Positions 18,680-29,361 of a stretch of DNA of 64,000 nucleotides are shown here, piece by piece. Both the position numbers and the translations under genes were made by a program. Position 1 is the stretch's first letter. Each line of letters begins with the position of its first letter. The notes beneath the pieces are model-generated. The model ran no database searches and was not told the DNA's origin. It saw only the letters and a list, made by a program, of their open reading frames with translations. The DNA is from Flavobacteriaceae bacterium (lineage in GTDB: Bacteria > Bacteroidota > Bacteroidia > Flavobacteriales > Flavobacteriaceae). Location: assembly GCA_947446865.1 (NCBI GenBank), contig CANFHX010000004.1, forward strand, positions 5,901 to 69,900. Reading direction: 5' to 3'.

Positions 18680-19711
18680 CTATTTATAATATTTTTTTCG
18701 AAGCCAAAAAGCCACATTAACCAAGGTAATCAATGCTGGAACTTCTACTAAAGGCCCGATAACTCCCGCGAATGCTTGACCGCTATTGATCCCGAAAACT
18801 CCAATAGAAACCGCAATAGCCAACTCAAAATTATTACCCGAAGCAGTAAACGAAATAGCGGCATTATCCCTATAATCAGCACCTACTTTTTTTCCCACAA
18901 AGAACATAAGTAAAAACATTATAGCGAAGAAAATCACTAATGGAATTGCTATTCGAATAACATCCTGTGGTAGTTGCACAATCATTTCGCCTTTTAAACT
19001 AAACATCACCACAATGGTAAAAAGTAGCGCTATTAAGGTTATTGGCGATACAAATGGTAGAAACTTTTGATTAAACCATTTATCACCAAGGAATTTCTTT
19101 ATTAAAAATCGGCTGGTTACTGCTAAAGCAAATGGAATTCCGAGGTAAATTCCAACCGTAGTTGCTATTTGATAAATCGTTATGTTTAATTCCAAGCCTT
19201 TTATTCCGAATAACGGCAGCATGATTTCTAGATAAAAATAGGCATACAAACTAAAAAATAATACTTGCAACAAACTATTAATTCCAACTAAACCTGCAGT
19301 TAGTTCGCGGTTTCCTTCAGCAAGTTCGTTCCAAACAATTACCATGGCAATACAAGGTGCTAAACCAATAATGATTAATCCGGTCATGTATTCGGGATAG
19401 TCTTTAAGGAAGAAAATGGAGAGTAAAAACATTAAAAAAGGGCCAACAATCCAGGTGATGATAAAGGAAGCCAAAAGAATTTTAGGTTTCTTAAACATTA
19501 ACGGAATTTTACTAAAGTCGACTTTAGTCAATGGCGGATACATCATTAATATTAACCCAATTGCTAACGGAATATTCGTAGTTCCGGAAGAAAATGAATT
19601 GATGAAATTAGCCGAATTTGGAATAAAATATCCTATCCCAACGCCAATAAGCATTGCTAGAAATATCCAAATAGTTAAAAAACGGTCGAGGAAATTAAGG
19701 TGTTTTTTCAT
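18680..19711 (-). CDS. acr3: ACR3-family arsenite efflux transporter
   Basis: LILMMYPPL, GLAPCIAMV, GNNFELAIAV, GPLVEVP. Start moved to ATG 19711. Confidence 0.95.
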   Translation of the reverse strand: MKKHLNFLDRFLTIWIFLAMLIGVGIGYFIPNSANFINSFSSGTTNIPLAIGLILMMYPPLTKVDFSKIPLMFKKPKILLASFIITWIVGPFLMFLLSIFFLKDYPEYMTGLIIIGLAPCIAMVIVWNELAEGNRELTAGLVGINSLLQVLFFSLYAYFYLEIMLPLFGIKGLELNITIYQIATTVGIYLGIPFALAVTSRFLIKKFLGDKWFNQKFLPFVSPITLIALLFTIVVMFSLKGEMIVQLPQDVIRIAIPLVIFFAIMFLLMFFVGKKVGADYRDNAAISFTASGNNFELAIAVSIGVFGINSGQAFAGVIGPLVEVPALITLVNVAFWLRKKYYK

Positions 19712-19767
19712 ATTAATTAACCGCAAAGGCACGAAGAATTCGCAAGGTTTGCAAAGTTTTTAAAAAT

Positions 19768-20379
19768 TTATAAATTTATTTGAGAAAATACAAAATACAT
19801 TTCGGATGCAATTTCTAAACTGCGTTCGGCATATTTTTCGTTCATTAAATCGGTTCCATCAAATGCTTTAGGGTCATTATATTTTATTGGAAATCGGGCT
19901 TCTGCACCAAAAACCATAGGACAACCTTCGTCGGCATTATTACAAGTCATGATGGCACCAAAGTTGCTTTTGGGATTAAAATCATCACTATACGTTTTAG
20001 AAAAACAAATAATTGGAGCCTGATTTTTATCCAATTTTACAGCATAAACCGGATTGTTATCTTGACTTAATTTCTGAATTTGAAATCCTTGATTAACTAA
20101 AGTTTCGGCAACTTTTGGAAACATAGCAGTAGCCTCGGTGCCACCAGAATAACAAAAAACCTTATCAATTTTAAATTGGAAAGCCATTGTTTGCGCCCAT
20201 ATTTGAGACAAATGACTTCTTCGGGAATTGTGTGTGCAAATAAAATTCAAGCGAATTTCTTGATTAGTAGTTACTTTGTTTTGGATGTAATCAATTAATG
20301 GTTTTACTACTTCTTTTCGTTCATCTGAAACGGGGATGTTAGAAATAATTTCTACTGTTTTTAGTAAATCTGGGTACAT
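19768..20379 (-). CDS. arsC: Thioredoxin-type arsenate reductase (LMW-PTP fold)
   Basis: P-loop CTHNSRRS, resolving pair CNNADEGC, DP motif, ars operon context. Confidence 0.8.
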   Translation of the reverse strand: MYPDLLKTVEIISNIPVSDERKEVVKPLIDYIQNKVTTNQEIRLNFICTHNSRRSHLSQIWAQTMAFQFKIDKVFCYSGGTEATAMFPKVAETLVNQGFQIQKLSQDNNPVYAVKLDKNQAPIICFSKTYSDDFNPKSNFGAIMTCNNADEGCPMVFGAEARFPIKYNDPKAFDGTDLMNEKYAERSLEIASEMYFVFSQINL

Positions 20380-20381
20380 AT

Positions 20382-20999
20382 TTAGTTCTTTTTAAAGGTA
20401 CAAAAAATAAAATTTTGAATAGTATTAAATGGTGTTGGATGGTTTTCTGTAAAGCAATTTAGTTTAGTGAAATCAGTTGCAAATATTCTTTCTAATTTAG
20501 ATTCTGAATATTGTGTAATTTCAAGTCCACTGCATTTTAATGGTCCATTTTCGGAGAAGGTTCCTAGGAATAGAAAACCATTTTCGGAAACCGAATTGGA
20601 AACTAATTTTTGATAATTATCTATGTCTTTTTCGGTAGTTAAAAAATGAAAACTTGCTCTATCGTGCCAAACATCAAAAGTGGTTTCTGGTTGAAATTCT
20701 AAAATATCCGAAACGATGAAGGTCACTTTTTCGGCATTGGCCCCTAGCCTATTTTTAATTCTGTTTATAGCATTTTCGGAAATATCCAACAGAAATAAAT
20801 TAGTATATTCTAATTCTAATAAATTATCAATCAGATAACTATCGCCTCCACCAATATCTATTACTTTAGCATCTTTTGGAATAGCATTTTCTATGAAAAA
20901 GTTTATGGATGTTTGTGGTTTGGATTGGTACCAACTCACTTCGGTTTCTTGCTTGGTAGCAAAAACGTTTTGCCAATGTTCTTTTTTGGAGATATTCAT
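20382..20999 (-). CDS. Class I SAM-dependent methyltransferase (TPMT/TehB-like)
   Basis: VIDIGGG motif I, LLDIS, WHDRASFHFL. Confidence 0.85.
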   Translation of the reverse strand: MNISKKEHWQNVFATKQETEVSWYQSKPQTSINFFIENAIPKDAKVIDIGGGDSYLIDNLLELEYTNLFLLDISENAINRIKNRLGANAEKVTFIVSDILEFQPETTFDVWHDRASFHFLTTEKDIDNYQKLVSNSVSENGFLFLGTFSENGPLKCSGLEITQYSESKLERIFATDFTKLNCFTENHPTPFNTIQNFIFCTFKKN

Positions 21000-21049
21000 A
21001 CCTAAATTTTTTTAATTTAAATTACTTATGTCTTGGTTTCTTACTTTTT

Positions 21050-21194
21050 TAGCCCTGATTGAAATGGAAAGCTTTTTGTAAAAGAAAACTAGTTTTTTGT
21101 TTCTAAAAAAAAGCGACCAACGGAAGCTCTTTTTTTAGATTACAAAAACAGTTTTCTTTGCAAAAACTTGGAATGAAAAGCAGGAATAGCTTCT
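21050..21194 (-). repeat. Modular 3'-UTR repeat, copy A (Flavo-1-like candidate) with a long AT-rich central hairpin
   Basis: Minus strand AGAAGCTATTCCTGC ... TTTCCATTTCAATCAGGGCTA. Shares ends with copies at 42398, 50553 and 63168. Confidence 0.8.
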
Positions 21195-21204
21195 GAAAAC
21201 AAGT

Positions 21205-21681
21205 TTAGCAACAACCTGAATTTGGCGTACAACTAGAATTTTCTTTTACCTTCCACTCGCCTATTTTAACTTTCAATTTTTCGAGTGGAATACCACATTT
21301 ATCTTTAGCCAAACAATCGGTTAATTTAGAAAGCAATTGAAAGTTAGTCCCGTCAAATTGAAGATCGAATTTACCGATAGTTTCTTTCATTTGGTACTCG
21401 ACTTCAATTTCTAAATCGGGGATTTGCAGTTTTTCTTCGGATAGTTCGATGATGTGAAGCAATTTTTCGGGATGCAAACGGTGGTCAAAATCGTTAGCTT
21501 CCCAAAGTTGAAAATTTGCCACTTCTTCTGTTCGAACAACCCCACCGCAATCGATGAAATGCTTGGTTATTTTACCAACTTCGGTAACATGAAAATGACT
21601 CGGCACCAATTCGCCATCGGGCAATTGAAAAGCAATTTGAGAAAGTTTTTTTAATTCGGATTTAATTTCGGATAGTTTCAT
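21205..21681 (-). CDS. DUF6428-like hypothetical protein in the ars operon
   Basis: HFHVTEVG, FIDCGG, C-terminal Cys cluster CTPNSGCC. Confidence 0.8.
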   Translation of the reverse strand: MKLSEIKSELKKLSQIAFQLPDGELVPSHFHVTEVGKITKHFIDCGGVVRTEEVANFQLWEANDFDHRLHPEKLLHIIELSEEKLQIPDLEIEVEYQMKETIGKFDLQFDGTNFQLLSKLTDCLAKDKCGIPLEKLKVKIGEWKVKENSSCTPNSGCC

Positions 21682-21725
21682 AGTTTAAAGTAGTAAGATG
21701 AAAGTAGTAAGATTTTTTGAAATTA

Positions 21726-22049
21726 TTAGCAACATTTATTTTTTAATTGAAAGGTAATGGAACTGAAATGCTTCTCAATTTTTTGGATGGTTTCTGGATT
21801 GATGCAATAGCAAATTGCTGTCCCCTCAATGGTTCCTTTAATGATGTTGGCGTTTTTTAATTCCTTTAAATGCTGCGAAATTGTAGGCTGCGCTAGAGGC
21901 AATTCGTTTACAATATCCCCGCAAATACAAGTATCTACCGACAACAGATAATCTACAATTGCTACTCGTGCAGGATGGGCCATCGCTTTAAACAAGGTTG
22001 CCATTTCGTTATGCTCTGCAGAAAAAGATTCGGATTTAGAGGCTCCCAT
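21726..22049 (-). CDS. arsR: ArsR/SmtB-family repressor
   Basis: AMAHPAR, TCICGDIV As-binding Cys pair, QPTISQHLKEL HTH, C-terminal CC. Confidence 0.93.
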   Translation of the reverse strand: MGASKSESFSAEHNEMATLFKAMAHPARVAIVDYLLSVDTCICGDIVNELPLAQPTISQHLKELKNANIIKGTIEGTAICYCINPETIQKIEKHFSSITFQLKNKCC

Positions 22050-22067
22050 AATTTTATTAATTATTAT

Positions 22068-22083
22068 ATTGCAATATTACAAT
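22068..22083. promoter_or_regulatory. Candidate ArsR operator
   Basis: Near-perfect palindrome ATTGCAATATTACAAT 18 nt upstream of the arsR ATG. Confidence 0.65.
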
Positions 22084-22212
22084 ACAATGATACTTTTTCC
22101 AAATTTTTAGTGTTAAATTTGATGTTGTTAAGAAATTCAAAATTCCTGATTTCAAGTTCTCCATTCCAAATTATTTTTTACTACTTTTGGTCTCTTAAAA
22201 ACCGATATAAAA

Positions 22213-22710
22213 ATGGCTTCAATAACTTTAGGGGGAAACCCAATAAACACAAGTGGTGAATTAACAAAAGTAGGTACATCTGCACCAGATTTTCAATTAG
22301 TAAAAAACGATTTATCAGTGGTTTCTTTGGCTGATTTTAAAGGGACTAAACTGGTTTTAAACATTTTTCCAAGTATTGATACAGGAACATGTGCAACTTC
22401 TGTTAGAACTTTTAATGCTAAAGCAAGCGCTTTAGAAAACACTAAAGTGTTGTGTATTTCTAGAGATTTACCTTTTGCACAAAAACGTTTTTGTGGTGCT
22501 GAAGGTTTAGAAAATGTAATTAATTTATCTGATTTTAAAACAGGTAGCTTCGGAAAAGATTATGGTTTAGAAATTGTTGATGGCCCGTTGGCAGGCTTGC
22601 ATTCTAGAGTGGTAATCGTTTTAGACGAAAACGGAACGGTGAAATATGCCGAACAAGTTGGCGAAATTGCTAACGAACCAAATTACGAAGCGGCTTTAGC
22701 AGCACTATAA
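22213..22710 (+). CDS. tpx: Thiol peroxidase (atypical 2-Cys Prx)
   Basis: [31 protein letters not shown]. Confidence 0.95.
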   Translation: MASITLGGNPINTSGELTKVGTSAPDFQLVKNDLSVVSLADFKGTKLVLNIFPSIDTGTCATSVRTFNAKASALENTKVLCISRDLPFAQKRFCGAEGLENVINLSDFKTGSFGKDYGLEIVDGPLAGLHSRVVIVLDENGTVKYAEQVGEIANEPNYEAALAAL

Positions 22711-22720
22711 TAATTGCATT

Positions 22721-23092
22721 ATGGAATTTGAAAGAGACAAGAATTTTTTTACGGGAAGATTTAAAAGTATGGGCTTTGCGCTAAAAGGTGCTATCAAGCT
22801 GATTACTACTGAGCACAGTGTTATGGTGCAAACTTCAATAGGAATTTTAATGATTATTGCAGGATTTTATTTTCATATTTCTCACGAAGAATGGATGATT
22901 CAAACTCTAGCTATAGGATTGGTTCTAGGAATTGAAGGGATTAACACTGCCGTTGAAAAAGTTGCCGATTTTATTCACCCAGAGTTTCATGAAAGAATTG
23001 GATTTATAAAAGACATTGCTGCTGGCGCAGTTTTCTTTGCTGCAATGACTGCAATTGCAATTGGCTGCATGATATATATTCCTAAAATATAA
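22721..23092 (+). CDS. dgkA: Diacylglycerol/undecaprenol kinase family
   Basis: EGINTAVEKVAD and IKDIAAGAV, 3 TM helices. Confidence 0.88.
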   Translation: MEFERDKNFFTGRFKSMGFALKGAIKLITTEHSVMVQTSIGILMIIAGFYFHISHEEWMIQTLAIGLVLGIEGINTAVEKVADFIHPEFHERIGFIKDIAAGAVFFAAMTAIAIGCMIYIPKI

Positions 23093-23141
23093 GCGTTTAA
23101 ATATAAATTTCTATATTTATGGCATCTATCCCAAATAAAAA

Positions 23142-25613
23142 ATGGCAAAAACAGTAAAGAAAGACACAAGCAAATCTAACCTTCCGAGTGAAAAACTTCC
23201 TTGGCAAATTAAGAGACAATACAAAGTAATTATTGGATTTCTTTTAATATTACTTTCCGTTGGTTTATTGGTGGCATTTATTTCCTGGTTTAAATATGGA
23301 TCAGAAGACCAAAGTAATTACAACCATTTTCCTAGTTTGAAAACCGAATCTGGAAATTGGGCTGGACAAATTGGCAGCTTTTTATCCGAATTTTTTATTC
23401 GTAATGGTTTTGGAATAGCATCCTTTATTTTTGTTAAAATATTTCTCCTAACAGGGACCTACTTGGTATTGGATTTACCCTTGAAAAAACTAAAAGCCTC
23501 TTGGTTTTGGGATTTATATTTTCTTGTATTACTTTCGGTTACATTAGGATTTTTTGCTCATACAATTCCAGATCTAGGAGGAACTATAGGTTTTGAAATA
23601 AATGATTTCCTCAGAGTTTTTGTTGGAAATGTTGGAACCATACTTATTTTAGTTTTTGCCGTGTTGATTTATTTATTTTTCAAAGTAAAAGTTTCTCCCG
23701 ATGGTATAAAGACTTTTTTCGAGAAGAGGCAAAAACAGATGAGTGAAGATTTGGCAGAAATGCAATCGGCAGAAAGTGCTTCTTCAGCCTATAATTTAGA
23801 GGAATATGCTGTAGAAGATCCTAATGATGATTTGGATAATCTTATGGAAGCACCCTATATTAAACCTGCTTCACAATTCGAATTAAATAAAGAAGCATTA
23901 AAACCAACTATATCTAGCTATTCGGAAATTGAATTGGAGCCAACTTTGAAATCAGAACCCAAAGCTACTCCCTCTGGTCCTGCCCTTCAAATTAATGAGC
24001 TTGAAATAGTTCCTGCAGTTGAAGATGTTTTTGTAATTGAAAAAGCCCTTGAAGAAGATATTATAGAAGAAAATTTAGCATCTAGATTAGTTGCCGATTT
24101 TGGTTTGTTTGACCCTACTTTAGAACTTTCTAATTATAAATTTCCAACCATTGACTTATTAAAAGAATATTCTTCAGTTGGAATTACCATCAACCAAGCC
24201 GAATTAGAAGAAAACAAAAATAACATTGTAGAAACGCTTCGCAATTACAAAATTGAAATTGCACAAATAAAAGCAACCGTTGGTCCATCGGTAACCTTAT
24301 ATGAAATTGTACCCGAAGCCGGAATTCGTATTTCAAAAATTAAAAGCTTAGAAGATGATATTGCGCTTTCTTTAGCAGCATTAGGAATTCGTATTATAGC
24401 ACCAATTCCCGGTAAAGGAACCATTGGTATTGAGGTTCCTAATAAGAATCCAACTATGGTACCAATGAAAACGGTTATTGGTTCCGCAAAATTTCAAGAG
24501 GCCGAAATGGAATTGCCAATTGCTTTAGGGAAAACAATTTCTAATGAAACCTTTGTAGTAGATTTAGCAAAAATGCCTCACTTATTGATGGCAGGTGCCA
24601 CTGGGCAAGGAAAATCAGTTGGATTAAATGCCGTTTTAACTTCTTTATTATACAAAAAACATCCAGCCGAAGTTAAGTTTGTTTTGGTAGATCCTAAGAA
24701 AGTGGAATTAACGCTTTTCAATAAAATTGAAAGACATTATTTAGCCAAACTTCCGGATTCGGAAGATGCTATCATAACCGATAATAGCAAAGTAATCAAT
24801 ACTTTAAATTCGCTTTGTATCGAAATGGATAATCGATATTCTTTGTTAAAAGATGCGATGGTCAGAAACATTAAAGAATACAACGACAAATTTAAATCTA
24901 GAAAATTAAATCCTGAAAACGGACACCGTTTTTTACCTTATATTGTTTTGGTTGTAGATGAGTTTGCCGATTTAATAATGACGGCTGGTAAAGAAGTAGA
25001 AACTCCTATTGCTCGTTTGGCTCAATTGGCACGTGCTATTGGAATTCACTTAATTATAGCAACTCAAAGACCTTCGGTGAATGTTATTACGGGTATGATT
25101 AAGGCCAACTTTCCGGCTAGAATTGCGTTTAGAGTAACCTCTAAAATAGATTCGAGAACTATTTTAGATACCGGTGGAGCTGATCAATTAATCGGACGTG
25201 GGGATATGCTTTACACCAATGGAAATGATTTAGTTAGGGTGCAATGTGCCTTTGTAGACACTCCGGAGGTAGAACGAATTGTAGACTTTATTGGTTCACA
25301 AAAAGCCTATACAACAGCCTACCTCCTTCCAGAATATGTAGGTGAGGAAAGTAATATTAAATTAGACATCGATGCTTCCGAAAGAGACAACATGTTTAGA
25401 GAGGCTGCAGAAATAATTGTAACCGCCCAACAAGGTTCGGCATCATTATTGCAAAGAAAGTTGAAACTAGGCTACAATCGCGCTGGAAGATTGATTGATC
25501 AGTTGGAAGCAGCAGGAATTGTAGGACCTTTTGAAGGCAGTAAAGCAAGAAGTGTAAACATTTCTGATTTAGTTGCCTTAGACCACTTTTTAAACGACGA
25601 ACAAAATAATTAA
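23142..25613 (+). CDS. ftsK: DNA translocase FtsK
   Basis: N-terminal TMs, Walker A AGATGQGKS, VDEFADL, ATQRPS, C-terminal gamma domain LQRKLKLGYNRAGR. Confidence 0.97.
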   Translation: MAKTVKKDTSKSNLPSEKLPWQIKRQYKVIIGFLLILLSVGLLVAFISWFKYGSEDQSNYNHFPSLKTESGNWAGQIGSFLSEFFIRNGFGIASFIFVKIFLLTGTYLVLDLPLKKLKASWFWDLYFLVLLSVTLGFFAHTIPDLGGTIGFEINDFLRVFVGNVGTILILVFAVLIYLFFKVKVSPDGIKTFFEKRQKQMSEDLAEMQSAESASSAYNLEEYAVEDPNDDLDNLMEAPYIKPASQFELNKEALKPTISSYSEIELEPTLKSEPKATPSGPALQINELEIVPAVEDVFVIEKALEEDIIEENLASRLVADFGLFDPTLELSNYKFPTIDLLKEYSSVGITINQAELEENKNNIVETLRNYKIEIAQIKATVGPSVTLYEIVPEAGIRISKIKSLEDDIALSLAALGIRIIAPIPGKGTIGIEVPNKNPTMVPMKTVIGSAKFQEAEMELPIALGKTISNETFVVDLAKMPHLLMAGATGQGKSVGLNAVLTSLLYKKHPAEVKFVLVDPKKVELTLFNKIERHYLAKLPDSEDAIITDNSKVINTLNSLCIEMDNRYSLLKDAMVRNIKEYNDKFKSRKLNPENGHRFLPYIVLVVDEFADLIMTAGKEVETPIARLAQLARAIGIHLIIATQRPSVNVITGMIKANFPARIAFRVTSKIDSRTILDTGGADQLIGRGDMLYTNGNDLVRVQCAFVDTPEVERIVDFIGSQKAYTTAYLLPEYVGEESNIKLDIDASERDNMFREAAEIIVTAQQGSASLLQRKLKLGYNRAGRLIDQLEAAGIVGPFEGSKARSVNISDLVALDHFLNDEQNN

Positions 25614-26263
25614 TGAAAATGAATAGATTCCTCACCATAGCCCTACTACTTTTAGGTTTTAGTGCGATCACCAATGCGCAAGATAAAAAAGCCAAAACGT
25701 TACTAAGTGCTGTAACGAACAAAATTAAAAGTTATGACAATATTGCCATAGATTTTAAATACACTTTAAATAATTCTAAAGAAAACATTAACCAAGATAG
25801 CAAAGGAAATGTAACTCTTCAAGGCAATAAATACGTTTTGAACTTAATGGGAGTAACAAAAATATTTGATGGAAAAAAAACCTATACTATTGTTCCGGAA
25901 GATGAAGAAATCACAATATCTAATTTAAATGATAGTGATGAAAAAGCAATTACGCCATCTAAAATGCTAACCTTTTTCAATAGTGGATATAAATTTACTT
26001 GGGATATTCTTCAAGACATTAAAGGACGTAAAATTCAATACATCAAATTAACACCAAATAACAACAGAGACCAACGTAAAGAAATTCTTTTAGGTATTGA
26101 TATTCAAACCAAAACGATTTACAACCTTATTGAAATTGGAAAAAATGGTACAAAAACAACTTTGACTGTTAATTCTTTCAAAACCAATCAGCCTTTATCA
26201 AAAAATCAATTCACCTTTGTAGCTAGTAAATATCCAAATTACTATATCAATAAATTAGATTAG
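25613..26263 (+). CDS. lolA: Outer-membrane lipoprotein carrier LolA-family protein
   Basis: Signal peptide, FDGKKTYTIVP, position after ftsK. Confidence 0.85.
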   Translation: MKMNRFLTIALLLLGFSAITNAQDKKAKTLLSAVTNKIKSYDNIAIDFKYTLNNSKENINQDSKGNVTLQGNKYVLNLMGVTKIFDGKKTYTIVPEDEEITISNLNDSDEKAITPSKMLTFFNSGYKFTWDILQDIKGRKIQYIKLTPNNNRDQRKEILLGIDIQTKTIYNLIEIGKNGTKTTLTVNSFKTNQPLSKNQFTFVASKYPNYYINKLD

Positions 26264-26268
26264 TCTTT

Positions 26269-28098
26269 GTGAAAATATTAGATAAGTATTTATTAAAAAC
26301 CTTCTTGATTACATTTACCACGGTATTTGTAATCTTGTTTTTTATATTTATACTTCAAACCGTTTGGTTGTTTATATCCGAGCTTGCAGGAAAGGGATTA
26401 GATGTTATAATGATTCTTAAATTCTTGCTTTTTGCGATGCCTCGCTTAATTCCTTTAGTACTGCCACTTTCAGTGCTTTTAGCTTCTATCATGACATTTG
26501 GAAGTTTATCCGAAAATTATGAATTTGCTGCAATGAAATCTTCAGGAATTTCTTTTCAAAGATCATTAAGAAGCACCACTGGATTTATTATTTTTCTAAG
26601 CGTAATTTCTTTTTTCTTTGCTAACAATGTTATTCCGTATGCCGAATATAAATTTATTAATTTCCGCAGAAACATTGCTCAAGTAAAACCTGCAATGGCA
26701 ATAGCGGAAGGGCAATTTAGTGAAGTAGGGAATTACACTATTAAAGTAGACAAAAAATCAGGTGACAAAGGAAATTACTTAACCGGAGTAACAATCCATA
26801 AAAAACTAGATAATGGCGAAGGAAGCACTACAGTAATTAAAGCCGAAAAAGGAGAATTAGTTAGTAGTGAAACTTCTAATACTCTTAAATTAGTGCTCAC
26901 CAACGGAAATTATTACGAAGACATTATCCCAAAAGATTACGGAGAACGAAATAAAATTCCTTTTGCTAAAGGAACTTTTAAAAGGGATGTTATTAATATT
27001 GACTTATCCAAACTGAACCAATCTAGCATGGAAAGTATAGATATTTCCAATAATACAACCATGTTAAACATACATGAATTACGCTTTACTTTAGATTCCT
27101 TAAATAAAAATTACAAGAAAGATTTAATATCGTATACTGATAATATATATCTTCGAACTAGTGTTGCTAGTACTTTTTACCTTCCACCAACAGCACTAAA
27201 ATTAAAGAAAATTACAGATACTGATTTCATAAAAAAACTTCCTAAATTAGATAAACAAGAAATTTATAAAATAGCAATTAATAACATTGAAAATACTGGG
27301 TTTACCATAAGTAGCTCGATGTTTGAAATGGAATCTAAAGAAAAAAACATCAACAGCCATTGGATTGCCTTTTATGATAAATTCATGATTGCCTTTTCCT
27401 GTTTGCTAATGTTTTTTATAGGAGCGCCCCTTGGATCTATTATCCGTAAAGGAGGACTTGGATTGCCAATAGTATTTGCAGTTTCTATATTTATTGTATT
27501 TCACTTTATTAATACTTTTGGAAAAAGAGTTGCTCAAGAAAATGAAATGTCTGCATTTATGGGAGTTTGGATGTCCTCTTTGATTCTTACACCACTTGCA
27601 ATTTTATTAACATATAGAGCCATCAATGACATTGGCGGAATGGTTAGTTTTGACGGAATGCTAGATCCACTAAAAAAGACTTTAGTTTTTCAAAAAATTA
27701 AAAGTCTTTTCATTAATTCTTCTGAAAATGAAGAAATTATAGACGAAGCTACTTCTATTTCAGAAAAAATTACTGTAGTTTATCCTAAAGAATTAATTGC
27801 AGAATACCATAAAATAAACAAAATTGCTTTAGTCCTTTATGCTATTACAGTCGCAATAGCACTAATTCTAATAAAAATAAATACTCTGATAGTTCTTCTA
27901 CTTGGAGCCATGACTTTACTTGCTTTTTTATATTTTATTTTTAAAGTTCAAAAGAAAATAGAAGAAATTGAAATACAAATACATCAAAAAATAGAACCCG
28001 GAATATTCATTAGCCTTTTAGTAGCATTTCCGTTTTACTTTATTATCTATTTATATTCTAAGAAAGAACTTAGCAAATTGCTAACTACAAACAACTAA
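26269..28098 (+). CDS. LptF/LptG-family LPS export permease with C-terminal membrane extension
   Basis: ILDKYLLK start, [26 protein letters not shown]. About 130 extra C-terminal residues. Confidence 0.88.
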   Translation: MKILDKYLLKTFLITFTTVFVILFFIFILQTVWLFISELAGKGLDVIMILKFLLFAMPRLIPLVLPLSVLLASIMTFGSLSENYEFAAMKSSGISFQRSLRSTTGFIIFLSVISFFFANNVIPYAEYKFINFRRNIAQVKPAMAIAEGQFSEVGNYTIKVDKKSGDKGNYLTGVTIHKKLDNGEGSTTVIKAEKGELVSSETSNTLKLVLTNGNYYEDIIPKDYGERNKIPFAKGTFKRDVINIDLSKLNQSSMESIDISNNTTMLNIHELRFTLDSLNKNYKKDLISYTDNIYLRTSVASTFYLPPTALKLKKITDTDFIKKLPKLDKQEIYKIAINNIENTGFTISSSMFEMESKEKNINSHWIAFYDKFMIAFSCLLMFFIGAPLGSIIRKGGLGLPIVFAVSIFIVFHFINTFGKRVAQENEMSAFMGVWMSSLILTPLAILLTYRAINDIGGMVSFDGMLDPLKKTLVFQKIKSLFINSSENEEIIDEATSISEKITVVYPKELIAEYHKINKIALVLYAITVAIALILIKINTLIVLLLGAMTLLAFLYFIFKVQKKIEEIEIQIHQKIEPGIFISLLVAFPFYFIIYLYSKKELSKLLTTNN

Positions 28099-28121
28099 AC
28101 CTAATTAACAATACCCTAATA

Positions 28122-29252
28122 ATGTCAAAATCCATACAACTCAATACCATTGAAGAAGCAATAGAAGACATCCGCCAAGGAAAAGTTATTATTGTAGTGG
28201 ATGATGAGGATCGGGAAAACGAAGGTGATTTTTTGGCTGCGGCCGAAAAAGTAACTCCCGAAATGATTAACTTTATGGCTACCCACGGACGCGGATTAAT
28301 CTGTGCTCCGCTTACCGAAAGTCGTTGTAAAGAATTAGAACTTCGCCCTATGGTGAGCAACAATACCGATCACATGGAAACTGCCTTTACTGTTTCCGTT
28401 GATTTAAAAGGTAATGGCGTAACCACCGGAATCTCCGCAGCAGATAGAGCCAAAACCATATTAGCCTTGGTGGATCCTTCTACCAAACCTTATGATTTAG
28501 CACGGCCAGGACACATTTTCCCTTTGGTAGCTAAACAAGGTGGCGTATTAAGAAGAACTGGGCATACCGAAGCAGCAATTGATTTTGCGCGCCTTGCAGG
28601 TTTTAAATCGGCGGGAGTTATTGTAGAAATCATGAATGAAGATGGAACAATGGCAAGACTTCCGCAATTATATGAAGTGGCGCAAAAATTCAATTTGAAA
28701 TTAGTTTCTATTGAAGATTTAGTAGCATACCGAATGCAACACGACAGCCTTATCGTTAAAAAAGAAGATTTTGAGGTACAAACCCGCTTCGGGGATTTTA
28801 GATTGCGTGCTTACCAACAAACAACCAATAAACAAATTCACATTGCGTTAACCAAGGGAACTTGGAATTTAGGTGAAACTGTTTTAACCAAAATAAACTC
28901 CACCCAAGTAAACAACGATTTGTTGGGAACTTTAACCAATAATGCCGACCAACAACTGGACGATATTTTCACCATCATCAACGAAAAAGGTCAAGGTGCA
29001 GTGATTTTCATCAACCAAGATATGCAATCGGTGAATTTATTAAATAGAATTACCGAGTTAAAAACATTACAAGAACAAGGAGTTTTAAAAGCACCCAAAA
29101 TAATCATTGACAGTAAAGATTTTGGTATTGGCGCGCAAATTCTACACGATATTGATATCTCTAAAATACGTTTGATTTCAAATGCCGAGCAAACCAAAAG
29201 GGTTGGAATGATAGGTTACGGCCTTGAAATAATAGAATATGTAAAATATTAA
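28122..29252 (+). CDS. ribB: 3,4-dihydroxy-2-butanone-4-phosphate synthase fused to a degenerate GTP cyclohydrolase II-like domain (RibBX type)
   Basis: [10 protein letters not shown] and RTGHTEA present. C-terminal domain lacks the HSEC...RCDC zinc ligands. Confidence 0.9.
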   Translation: MSKSIQLNTIEEAIEDIRQGKVIIVVDDEDRENEGDFLAAAEKVTPEMINFMATHGRGLICAPLTESRCKELELRPMVSNNTDHMETAFTVSVDLKGNGVTTGISAADRAKTILALVDPSTKPYDLARPGHIFPLVAKQGGVLRRTGHTEAAIDFARLAGFKSAGVIVEIMNEDGTMARLPQLYEVAQKFNLKLVSIEDLVAYRMQHDSLIVKKEDFEVQTRFGDFRLRAYQQTTNKQIHIALTKGTWNLGETVLTKINSTQVNNDLLGTLTNNADQQLDDIFTIINEKGQGAVIFINQDMQSVNLLNRITELKTLQEQGVLKAPKIIIDSKDFGIGAQILHDIDISKIRLISNAEQTKRVGMIGYGLEIIEYVKY

Positions 29253-29361
29253 TTATTCAAATTCTAAATTGAAAAAATCTGTAATTTTTTTTTGTTAAAA
29301 ATTTGTAAATAAAATTTATAGATATTCTATTTAATTTATTGAAAAGATTTATTCATGGTTA

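Noticed and set aside
20382-20999. ArsM arsenite methyltransferase
   Set aside because: It lacks the ArsM N-terminal and central conserved Cys pattern and is shorter. Motifs fit a TPMT/TehB-like enzyme.
28085-28122. FMN riboswitch before ribB
   Set aside because: The spacer is only 23 nt and has no RFN consensus.
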